Below, in pieces: positions 34,351 to 47,372 of a stretch of 64,000 bases of DNA. How positions within the stretch are numbered: the first letter of the stretch is position 1; each line of letters starts with the position of its first letter. Made by a program: the position numbers and the translations under genes. The notes under the pieces were generated by a model, which had not been told where the DNA came from, did not search any database, and was given only the letters and a program-made list of their open reading frames with translations. Source of the stretch: Octopus sinensis (Eukaryota); the NCBI RefSeq assembly GCF_006345805.1, contig NC_043012.1:14694001-14758000 (forward strand). Direction: 5' to 3'.

Positions 34351-37300
34351 ACATGTTTTTGTATTTGTCTTTCACCACTTGGTAACTGGTATCGGTTTGT
34401 TTATACCCCTATAACTTAGTAGTTCAATAAGACACCAATAGAATAAATACCAAGCTTAAAATATGCACAGAAGTCGATTTTTTTATTGACTATTGCAGTC
34501 TAATGAGGATGATGTTCTGTCAGCCTAATGTACATACCTGTTTATTAAGGTTTTTTAAGATTTCAGCTAACTTTGGGCCACCTTCTCCATCTTCATCTTC
34601 ATCACTTGAATACCAGTCATCAATATCATCAACTAGAAAAGAAAACAATAAATTTCAAAATTTTTTCATTGAACAAAACAACTTAGATTATTTCATTACA
34701 TCCATTTTTTTCATGCTGGCATGGGTCAGAGGAGAGTGTTTCAACACACGATCTCTCTACTTGTACTAGCTCTTTGCCAACTGTTTTGTTAGGCCCGTTA
34801 CCATGAAATCAGAATTAACCACTTCTGACCACATCTTACTCTCATACATGCTACTTCTACTTGTATCCCCTGACATCTTTTCACCCACGTTTGCACAATC
34901 ACTGTTCACTGTTTTCTCTCTTGCACAGTATAGCATAGAACTCTAATATCCAGTTTTTTCCTCTAGACATCTCAGGCAAGTGTCTCTACTGTAGCTTCAA
35001 GCCAACTGATGCTTTGAGAATGAAACTGGTAGAGAAATACTGTATGGAAGCTTATTCCTCTCTCTCTCTCTCTCTCTAGTTATAGGTGGAAAGTAATACA
35101 TTTGTATTGCAATATATTTTTTCATAGAAAACCTTTTCACTGTTCTCGTTCTGTTAACAGCTAAGCATTTAGGCAAGTAATACTGGCATTGATGTTGGCA
35201 GATAAAATGTGTGTGTGTATTTTATATATACCATTATCATCGTTTAATGTCCGTTTTCCATGCTAGCATGGGTTGGACAGAGGATATATATATATGCACG
35301 TGCATGTGTGTGTTTGTGTGTGTGTGTGTGTGAATGTTTATACTTTGTATATATATATGGCAAAGGCTGCATATTAAGATGTTTCTTTCCTAACCATGTG
35401 ATTTGGGGATCAGCATGGTGTCTTGGGCAAGTATCTATTTTTTTATAGTGTCAGGCTGACCAAAGGCCTTGTAGGTGGATTTGGTAGCATGTGTCTGTGT
35501 CTCCTTGTCTTGACACTGCCCAACAGTTGCAAACAAGTGTCATCAACATATGGTGTGTCCTTTGTTTCCAACCATCCTTGTAAAACATGTCTGGCCATGG
35601 GGGAATATTACTCTCCCTGGAAACAGAGATGACAGCTGGCAACAGGAAAGGCATCTAGCCATCAAAATACTACTTTGAGAAGTTGCCTTTGACTCAAGCA
35701 TGTGATGATGATGATGATAATGATGCACATTTTACTGAACCACTCCGTAATCTTGATTACACTGGAAAATGAAAAACGGTCGTCTGCTTATTAGAAATAT
35801 AGCCACAAAATAAAAATGACAAGGTTGAGAAGACGAGACAAATCGCACCTTATAAGGACATTCGCAGTAAAGGGAACTAACTTTTGATTTATTGGGATAA
35901 AGTTATCTTTCTTACAAGAATACGAAACGTGTACTGTTACATTATTTTATATATACGTACATTCACACACGTCTGTATGTTTGTGTGTGTATATATATTA
36001 TATATATATATATACAAGATCGTTTGTTTAATTATCGATCTTATCAAGTGGCCAGCATGGAAATAAACACCTTCAAAGGTAATTATTATTAATATTATAA
36101 TTTAGGGTATCTAAGAAATACCTCCATGCTGCAAATAGCAAAAACTTGACACTAAATCCACATTAAATGTTCATCTTGTCCTTTTGTCTTCTCTCCTGAT
36201 GCTTTATGAACATTTAATGTAGTTTTAGTGTCAAGTTTTGGCTGCTATTTCCAGCGTGGAGCTTTCCCTTATATATATATATATATTCACTTGCAGAATG
36301 AGATATATACATATATTCACTGGCAGACTGAGAAAATTGTATAAAAATTTGTAGTTGCCATGAAGGGAAAAAATATACTCTGCTATTAGATATTCTACAG
36401 TATCAACTTATAATTGGAAGTTCAAATCCTGCTTAAACTTAAAAAATAAGATTCAGTAATATATTGCAGGAGAGTTCACCTATCCACCACCTGCTTTCAG
36501 TTCAGGTAATATATATATATGTATGGTATCTACTGCAGTAAAGTTTATTGTAACAGAACATCCACATTTAAGTGGGGATAAATATTACCTCTCAGTACTA
36601 AAATTGCTTCCATCACTAATATAGGTTGTCACTTAACAAGCTTTTAACAAGCTCACTGCAACAGCAGCACTTGTCCTGGCACTGTTGTTCTGTATATCAC
36701 TGGCAGGGAGACGAGTCCTTGCCATCTCTAGCAGTCAAGCATCCATCATTGACAAAAACCAAAGGAGGTTGAAATCACATGACCTAACAGTCTCGGTGTT
36801 GGAGGTGGTGGTGGGGTTTCATCTCCCCGCCAGTGATATAAACAAGAGACCCTTTTTGCACCAAAAGCCAACATGAGAGTTTCTCTCCTCGTCTCTACTG
36901 CAGTAAAATTTGTTCAAACAGAACATCCATTTTAAGTGGGGATAAATGTAAATAATGATTTCTTACTTAGACACAAGATCAACAGATGAAAGGGAGAGGA
37001 GTACACTCCCATTTCAACCATAATTTATAACAAATATCAAATATATTAAAACCAACAAGGTCTCTATGTGGTCTCACGATCTCCTAAAAATAGCAGTCAA
37101 ATCTCACTCAAACTATACCTTTGCTATTTTAAAAAGGGGGAAAAAAACTTTTGGATGTATTTTCTGGAATTCCTTTGAATATGTAGATCTACCTCATTCA
37201 AGCTGATCTGAGGCAAATCAATAACAGCATTGAAGTAGGATACACATGAAGAGCAATGTGGATTTTGAACCTGGAATCAAGAAACACGCAACTAAATACT

Positions 37301-37576
37301 GTGTTGAATTTTCAAGACATTTAAATGTCTCAGCACCTCCACCTAATAGAAACCATCATACCTATAATTCAGTTTTAAAAAATCAATATAAATAAAGACT
37401 AACCAGACTTCGTGCAAGTGTGGCTGTATGGTAAGAAGCTTGCTTACCAACCACGTGGTTCTGGGTTCAGTCCTACTGTGTGACAACTTGGGCAGCTGTC
37501 TTCTATTATAGCCTTGAGCTGACCAAAGCCTTGAGAGTGGACTTGGTAAACAGAAACTGAAAGAAGACTGTTGAAG

Positions 37577-37615
<39 letters not shown>

Positions 37616-40600
37616 CACTACTGCTTGACAACCGGTGTTGGTGGGTTTATGTCCCCATAACTATGCAGTTTGGCAAAAGAGACCAACAGAATAAGTATCA
37701 GGCTTAAAAAAAAAAGAATTAATTAAGTACTGAAGTCAATTCATTCAGCTAAAATCCTTCAAGGCAGTGCCCCAGCATGGCCACAGTCTGACTAAAACAA
37801 GTAAAAAAAAAAAAAAAAAGAATTACGTTTTGCATCATCTCTGACATCCGTATTCTCTGCAATTGTTGCTGCAAGCTGGTGTTGTTGTTGAATCCGCATA
37901 AACAACTCTTTTTGTTTGGGAGGTAAATGGGAGGGAATTTCAATAGGAACTTGTTTGCGTTCTTCTTTCTCTTCATCGGTGTTGTGCCGATCTTCTAACG
38001 CTCCATGACGATGATGAAATGGATGATGTAAAGGATGATGAAGGTTATCTAAAATAAGAAAAATACATAAATAAATATGATACAGAAAAACCACGGCAAT
38101 GCAGCTGGGAATAGATTGAACAGAGATAACAACAAAAGACAACATTTTCCTTAAAACATTTAAATACATTCTGGTATTTTATCCTAAACTAACACTATGA
38201 CCTGGCAACGCCGGGTCATAGTGCTAGTGCATCAGTATATACAGTATATACATCAGTATATATCAACAGTATATACAGCTGCGTGCATGCGCGCATACAC
38301 ACGAGTACTGTCCAAATCTCCGACCAATCACATACAGCTAGCTGGTATTCAATTGGCGTATCAAGTTTCGGGCATTTTGATTGGGTTTTGGATAGAAAAT
38401 TCACAAAAAAGTCACTTCTATTGATTTTTTAATGGCTTTGCGGGGTGACTGGGGAAATGTAAAGATGTGCACGACCACTTTTGGATGGTTTTGAATGACC
38501 ATAGAAAGTGTGAGCCCTCTAACTGAAAAATTGTGGATTTGTATAAAGGACACGCACACAGACATTTTGCCATTTATATATAGAGAGATATTGTCGTAGG
38601 CAAAAAGAGCATTTTAAAACTAATGTTAAGGTAATACAGTACTGTTATTAAAACAAGTGAGCAATTTCTAGCTTAATATTGGAAACTCGAAAAAAAGAAC
38701 AAGATAAATTTTATAACACAATTATAAAGCTATTACAAAAACCAATTAATATTTAACTGATGGATTTAGCTGAAAAAAATCAGCAGCAGCTAACTTTATT
38801 AACAATATTTATACTAAACAGTGAAATAATAACCTTATTCTTTTTCTATCCAAATAAGATGATTTATTTTTCAACAGCTTTTATTAGTGAATTCTTATTT
38901 TAGGTGATTTACAAACTATCATACAATCTGAAGCTTAACTTCCGGATTTTCAATAAGTATTGACAAAATGTTTCCAAAATATTAACAGTTACTTGAACCT
39001 AATACTGACATATCTGAAAATGGTCAATCTGCAGACAAGAAAAGAATTAAGCGACAAAATACAGCAATCGTTAAATCTACATTAAATGTTCATTTACTTT
39101 CCTCTGTTAATTAAAAAACAATACTTTTAACAATATATTTATTTGCACAGTTACAAATATCAGCTTGCATTCAACATAGTTTAATATTTCTGGATACATT
39201 CAAAAGAACAGCAAAGCAAATTGACCCCATCGCAATGATAACAAGAAACAAAAGGAAAAAGGGGAATATTTATGGGAAACAAGTTATACCTAATGGTTGA
39301 GGAAGATTCTTGTCATCCGGATAATTTGAACCAATCATAGCAGACTGTTGGGGATGTGGTGGACTGCAGCCAAGGTGTGGAGGTGTCTGCTGCTGCTGCT
39401 GCTGGGGAGGACAATCCCCTGGTGTTTGGCGAGAACCAATAAAAGAGGAATGCCCAGGAGATCCAATTGGAGGACGAATTGACACAGAGCCTAATCCTCC
39501 AATACCTGCACCAGATGGAGGCAATGAACAAGAAGAATTCCCAGACGGGGACAGAGACAAAGCATCTTTGTAAAAACCAGGCCTGAAACACATGTAAAAG
39601 AACAAAAACAATTGTTTCAATAATGAACTACAGAAGAACTCTCCCATAAAACATACAAAAACTCCCATAAAGCACAAACCAGCTTCTAATTTAACCCTTT
39701 AACATTCAAAATCACTCTGTCAAATGTTATGTTTATTCATTCACAATGTTTTCAATTTATCTTTTAGCTTCAAGATATCAATGATGTGATTGTTTATTTT
39801 AAGAATAACATTGTAGGGTAGATGTGAGAGACCTGATCTGGTCAGTTAGAATATCAAATGGTTACAGTACAAATGTCATTTTATGAGGTTTGTTTTGTTT
39901 TGTGGACAGATTTACAGATATTTCTTCAGTATTTAAAAATAAAGAATAAACTTGATGTCACAAAAATCAAGAAAAGTAGATTATGGAACTCGTTACCAGC
40001 AGGACCCAATTATATTTCAGACATATCTGAAATTTTAGTTTTTCAAAATGAAGACTACATAAAACATAACATCATTCTCATATGTGAATTATGTTAGAAA
40101 AAAAAATAGTTGTATAACCAAAGTGAAAATATTTTTTAAATCAAAACATTTAAAACTAGATTATAAATGCAAGCATATTATCTGAATTTATAGTTTCAAC
40201 TCGTGTCTTACCTGCCAGGTGGTTGTACGGTAGAACCTTGTGGCTTTTTAGGACTCTGACCAGGTGGGTAGACTTTGATATCAAACAAAGAAGGTATCTT
40301 CTTGCTTCCTCCATTTGATCCAGGTGCTTGGTTGCCTCCTTTATCTCTCATATGTTCTAAACTTTCGTGTGTAAGGGAATCTAAACAAAGATATTTTTTT
40401 AAAGATGTCTTAAAATGTGCGATGAATGTTAGTAAAGAGATGAATTTTTCTTAATACCATAAATTTTTTCACAGCCAACATTTAATGTAAGTAATTCACA
40501 GTATTGAAATATTCTAGTTTCTATGTTTCTGAATCCCAATAATTATAGTTTTGAAGCCACTCTTGGATAAAATATAACGAATAAAAATAGCAGAATTCTA

Positions 40601-43600
40601 ATATTTTCAAATGCAGTAGAACATTTTAACATACACTTATCAACAATGGGACAACACTACTACTACTACACATAAAGAGATTCTAGATCTAAAAAAAGGC
40701 CACTCAACTGATTGGTTTGAAGTCGATTGCCAATAAATTCCACCCACTCTTCACTCAGCCATACTACTACAGTGGCATCTGCTCCTCAGAGCTGGTAGAT
40801 TTCATACTACCTCCACTCAAGCCCTCCTGAGCAATACTGTGTATATCCCCATACCCTTCAAGTCCATATATAAACCCCTTTCCTAGTCGTTGTCCACAAC
40901 ATAAACCTTCTGAAATTCCTTCCTTGCTCACATTTTCCATGGGCCATTAACTCACAGTTGTTCAATTACATCAGTCTCACTGGTCTCAGAGGACCCAGCA
41001 AAAATCATGAACCCAGCCCATTTCTCCAAGACCAAAAAAAAAATCATTTAAAAAGAACCTCACCAGCAATAATTAAAAGAGAAAAATAAACAAATGAATT
41101 ACCATCAGAATCATCTGATCTTTCGTCGTCTCGATTATCAAGGGCCTAGAAGAAGGGAAAAAGAAACATATTTATCATCATGAGAATTGTGTTATAATTG
41201 TTGAATTCTAAAGGGAAATTTTAATAATGAAATATTGCAAGTTATGAGGCATATTTAGTTAACCTTTTCATTATCAAAACAACAGAAACAGTCTCTTTTA
41301 CCAAAGCACTTGAAAATGCTTTTAAACAAACAAGCATGTCTATTTTTTGCAATGATTTGAGAAGCGGTGATGAGTACCAATTCTGTAAAGAATGATATTT
41401 TATAAGCAATCTAATACTGGGGCATACATACACACATACAACAGTCTTCATTCAGTTTCCATCTGTAAAATGCCATTGTTACAGTAGAAGGCACTTGTCC
41501 AAGGTACCAAGCAGTGGGACGGAACCCAGAACCATGTGGTTGGGAAGCAAGCTTCTTAACCACACAGTACCTGTACCTTAAGTTATGAAAGCATTAAGAA
41601 AAATTAATATTGTATTTAATGAGATATCAAAAAAAAAAAAAAAAAAAGCTAACCTTTTGCAGAAGTATTTTTGTTTCTTCGTTCAGTGGCTCATGTGAGA
41701 ATTTACAGTTTTCTCCTTGGTAACATTGAGCGCCAGTGTGGAAATATTTACAAGGGTACTCGCCTGCAAAAAAATAAAATCAGTAAATATTTAAAAAATT
41801 GAAGAATACTTTAACTTCACTTTTAAATTTCAAAATACTCTTAGTGAAATTTTATTTAACACAATGATGCATGAAAATTACGTTTCTATTCTTTTAATTT
41901 TTTTCTAATTTTGAAAGATGTCACAGAGTAATAAAAAACATTAAAAAAATTACTACAAAATTTTGATTAATTTAAAATTTCGACTAACCATGCATAAATA
42001 GACAGCCCTCTTTTGTACAAATGGAGTTTAAATAGAATTTGCATATTTCGGATTTCTTTGGTGGTATGAAGTCATGACTGTAAGGACAATCTTCAGCCTA
42101 ATAAATGAGAAGGGAAATAGACAAAAGGTTATTGTAAGATAAAACAAAAAGAGAAAGAATTTTTACCTGACAATGCAAGAAAGAAGTTTTTCTCATCTAA
42201 TAATAAACATTTAGCTTTTTTTTTAATTTTAGTTTTCAATAAAGGTTCCACCACAATCTAAATTGTGATAGTTGGCTAAAAGGAACTACGAAACACATCA
42301 CATGCAAATATGTAAAATGCAAACACACACATACACACACACCTGTATATCTATCTTTTACTCCCATGCAAACCTATACACAATAGGAACTTAAAACACT
42401 CAAAGCCACTACAAATGATGCTTCATCCATAGTGACCAATTCACTATAAAATTATAAAAACTGAATCTCTAACAGACTTCCTCAACAGAACAAAATACTT
42501 CAGCCCTAAATACTCTCCGCATTAGAATGCAGATCTTGTATCCGAGATGGTGTTAGTGCTACTCACAAATATCTTACACATCATCATCATTTTTTAATGT
42601 CCATTCTCCATGCTGGCATGGGTTGGATGGTTTGACAGAAGTTGGCCTGCTCAAGGGCTGCCCAGACTCCATTTGTCTGTTTAGCATGATTCCTATGGCT
42701 GGATGCCCTTCCTAAAGCCAACCCTTTACAGAGTGTACGTGGCACTAGCATGGATGCTTTTAAGTGGCACTGGCACACCTGAACCCACAAGACTAGGATC
42801 TCTTGACTGAGAGAGAGAGATGTAAAGAAGATGCCTGCATGCATGGACAACCATGATTTTACTTAGCTTGGAATGTCAGAAGTTTTGGTTCCTTGTCGTT
42901 CCCCCTGTGAGGCCAACATCTGAAGATCCTTTCTCACCACTTTAGCCCACCCCTTCCACATGCCCCTCCACTACAAAGTTTCCCTCAAGCATCAATTCAG
43001 ACACACTGTTTCTTCTCTTCCATCTTCACTATTTATTCTACTCAACTCAGTGGGAAAAGCCTTACCACTCTGACCCAGCCCCCTCATAATCCCTACTATG
43101 TCTCACATTTCAAACCCCACAATAAAAACTTTGCTCAGCCCTTCCTCCCTCACAAGCATATCACACCAACCATATATTCTCCACAGACATTACTCTCCAG
43201 AGATTCTGGTGGGAAATCATCCAGATTGATCTTCCTTGGCAAATTTAGAAAACCTTACAAAAATCATGGGGTATTGCTCCTCTGCCATGAACTAAATAAC
43301 AAGAGATAAAGAAAAACATTTAATTTACATGTTCATTATATCTTGTTTCCTCTCTAATTAATAAAAAAATTACATCAATGAAAGATTACATCGAATGAAT
43401 GTTCAATGGTGGAATTCTGGTTTAACTTTGTAAACTTTATATTTTTTGGAATTTCCAGAAATTTTTTGCAAATTTGTGTTCTGCATACAGGAATTCATAC
43501 GATTATTAAAAAAAATTTTTTGTATGTGATTTAAGAGAGTTTTAACTGTTGTTTCTAAGACATCTCATGACCACCTGAAACCTTCATCGTTTCTTTGTCA

Positions 43601-44721
43601 CTCGGACGGGTATTGATGTTTTTCAATATTTTTTCCCCATAAACACATTTAATGGAATGATGATGCCACCAAAGGGGGTCCATTGTCGAGATAAACACAA
43701 AAAGTTCCAACTGCCCATACCTTAAACTCTGATTAAAAAACAAATTTGAAGAAGAGTGGAACTTTTAGGACTTATGGGGGTAAGGGGGGGTTAGATTTTT
43801 TTTTTTTTGCATAATCATATAAATTCCTGTATGTAGAACACAAATTTGCAAGAATTTTCTTTAAATTCCCCCCCCCCCAAAAAAAAGCTGAGGGGTTAAA
43901 TAGAGTGCTTAAACCAGGAATTCTCCCTATTCAATTAAAATAATTACAAAAGTCTCATGCAAATAAAATTTGCAATAGCAAGTAAAAAAATACATTCTAC
44001 CTTGGAACATTTTCCTTCCATGAAGAACTTGCATACTGAATGTGGCCTTGGAATATCCAACAAAGGTTTCTTCTTTGATGAGTGATGATGATGATGTGAC
44101 TTCTTACGACTAGACCGGCTCTTCTTACGTTCTCGAAGCTTAAGGATCTCCTAAAATAGGAGATATTTATTCAATGAAACTTAAAAAGAACAAAGAATCT
44201 GGCAAATGATGACAGCTTGAAAAATTGCCTCAACAGCCGAATAAGTCTTTCAGCTAAACGCACGGGGCCTGAAGTTTAGAGTGAGAGGGGGGCGAGGGGG
44301 GCTAGTCAGTTACATCAACCCTCAATGGTCAACTGGGAGACTTATTTTCACCAACTCCAAAAGGATGACAGGTAAAGTTGACTTTGGTGGAATTTGAACT
44401 TAGAAAGGTAACAATGGATGAAATTCCACTATTTCGTCCAGCATGCTAACAATTCTGCCAACTCACTACCATCAGCAGTTTCATAATAATAATAATAATG
44501 GTTTTGAATTTTGGCACAAGGCCAACCATTTGGCGGGGTGCGGCTAAGTCAATTACATTTACCCCAGTGCTCAACTGGAACTTATTTGATCGACCTTGAA
44601 AGGACGAGAGGCAAAAATCAACTTTGGCAGAATTTGAACTCAGAACATAAAGATGGACGAAATGCCACTAAGCATCTTGCCTGGCATGTTAGTGATTCAG
44701 CAGCAGTTTATTATTATTATT

Positions 44722-44788
<67 letters not shown>

Positions 44789-45782
44789 TAATAATAATAA
44801 TCCTTTCTACTATAGACACAAGGCCTGAAATTTTGGGGAGGGAGATAGCCGACTGCATCGACCCCAGTACCTGACTGGTACTTAATTCATCAACCCCAAA
44901 AGGATGAAAGGCAAAGTCGACCTTAGCAGAATTTGAACTCAGAACGTAAAGACAGACAAAATGCCACTAGGCACGTCGCCTGGCAGGCTAATGATTCTGC
45001 CAGCTTACCACCTTAAGGCTTTAATAGTAATAATAATAAAATTGATCATCAAACTGTCACACAAATCAAGACAAGATATAAAATAATTTATAGTAGACTT
45101 ACATCTTTATCAGCAACAGCCATATCAATAAACCCATCTCCAACCATACTCAACAAACTCGGTGGGTAGCTGTAAACATAAAAATATATATAAATACGTG
45201 TGGAAGTGTGTATGTAAGAAATGAAATGGAAATTTCATAAGAGAACCAATCTTCTTAACAGATGTGACAAAGAAAAACTAAAACATAAACCTACTTGTCT
45301 TCTTCGTCCTCTGACGGACTGTCATATAAACCAGGAGGACTTTCATAGGGACTATCATAGGGTCCACCAGGGCTTCTATATGGGCTTGATGACTGCTTAT
45401 CTGAAGGGCTATCGTAAGGACCAGGAAGAGTGCGGCCCTTACTCGACAGGTTCCAATTAAATCCATCATCTACTTTATCATGATCAACATATTCTAGCCG
45501 TCTTCTTTTTTTCTTCTGCAAAATACATTAATATATACATATAACTAGATTGCTGCCCATCATTATGTTTCTGGTAAAAATATTTGCTAATCAAGCACAT
45601 ACCCTCATAAATTGTTTGACGTGGAAGTCTTTCGCTAAAGTCTGTGTTGCATTGTCTACATGTTGAAAAACACAGAAACACACACAAACAACCCAAAAAA
45701 TAACTATATATGATATTATATATATTTTTTTTCTTCTCTAGTATCAGCTCAGAGCGCTGCGGCCATGCTGATGCACCGCTGT

Positions 45783-45854
<72 letters not shown>

Positions 45855-47213
45855 AGCTGTTGGACCCAGCGTTGCTCATGTTTCTGTGTTGAAGTTAAGC
45901 CCACCTCTGACCTTGTATTGAATAAGCATTTCCTTAGAGACTATTCTATCAATTTAGTTGAAATTTTTCACATGAAAAAATACAAAAGCTGCAGGAAAAA
46001 TAACATCATTATGCTAAACAATGATGATGATGACATACATACATCACACATACATATATACATATATGTGTGTATATATACACACACACGCACACACACA
46101 AATTCCATCTACCAAATTCACTCACAAGGCATTGGTCAGCTTAGGCTGCAGTAGAAAACACTGGCCCAAAGTGTCATGCAGTGAGACTGAACCCAAAACC
46201 ACATGATTACAAAGAAAGCTACTTAACCACAGTTATTTTGCAGATTTACAAAAGTTTACCTACATGATAACAAAAAAAGTCCGAAACAATATTACACTAA
46301 ACATATATATATTTGTAACCATGTTGTACACAGACATACAAATATTGTACTCAGTTCTATAAAATGTACTCACAGCCTCGTTTTTCTTCCGCCGTTTTTC
46401 TCGGCGTTCTCGCTTCCTCTTCCGACGTTCACGTCTTGATAAACTTTCAGATTTCTCGTTCCCAGTTGTTTCAACTTCATTGTCACTGGCATCAGATCGC
46501 ATTTCACACTCTTCAGCACTACTTGCAGATTTTTCTGAAAATAAGCAAAGGCAGTTTAGATTTTTACCAAGATTTCATTATGCATAAAACAATGATAAGA
46601 CACAAGGTAATTTAAAGGAAAGATGTCAAAAGCCTAGCATCTCACAGAGAAAACTTCAACTCACTGTCATGAATTTGTCAAATTATGTAGATTTGTATAC
46701 TCTCTCTCTCTTTTACTTGTTTCAGTCATTTGACTGCGGCCATGCTGGAGCACCGCCTTTAGTCGAGCAACTCGACCCCGGGACTTATTCTTTTTGTAAG
46801 CCCAGTACTTATTCTATCGGTCTCTTTTCACCGAACCGCTAAGTGACGGGGACGTAAACACACCAGCATCGGTTGTCAAGCAATGCTAGGGGAACAAACA
46901 CAGACACACACACATACATATATATATATATACGACAGGCTTCTTTCAGTTTCCGTCTACCAAATCCACTCACAAGGCATTGGTCGGCCCGGGGCTGTAG
47001 CAGAAGACACTTGCCCAAGATGCCACGCAGTGGGACTGAACCCGGAACCATGTGGTTGGTTAGCAAGCTACTTACCACACAGCCACTCCTGCGCCTGTAT
47101 AAATTTATCCCCATAAAAAAAGCAAACAGATAAACTGCATTCATTTATTTAAGCCACTGTAGCTTGCAGCAGATGTGGGCAGGTTCACTGTTTGAAATAT
47201 ATATATATATATG

Positions 47214-47260
<47 letters not shown>

Positions 47261-47273
47261 ATATGTATGTATA

Positions 47274-47372
<99 letters not shown>

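Noticed and set aside
44001-45295. Apparent frameshift between exons 45295-45515 and 44001-44150
   Set aside because: Resolved by the 67-nt exon at 45103-45169; not a pseudogene.
45853-45880. ACTAGCTGTTGGACCCAGCGTTGCTC, resembling a Helitron terminus
   Set aside because: Only a fragment of about 28 bp, with no other end found; not enough to call.
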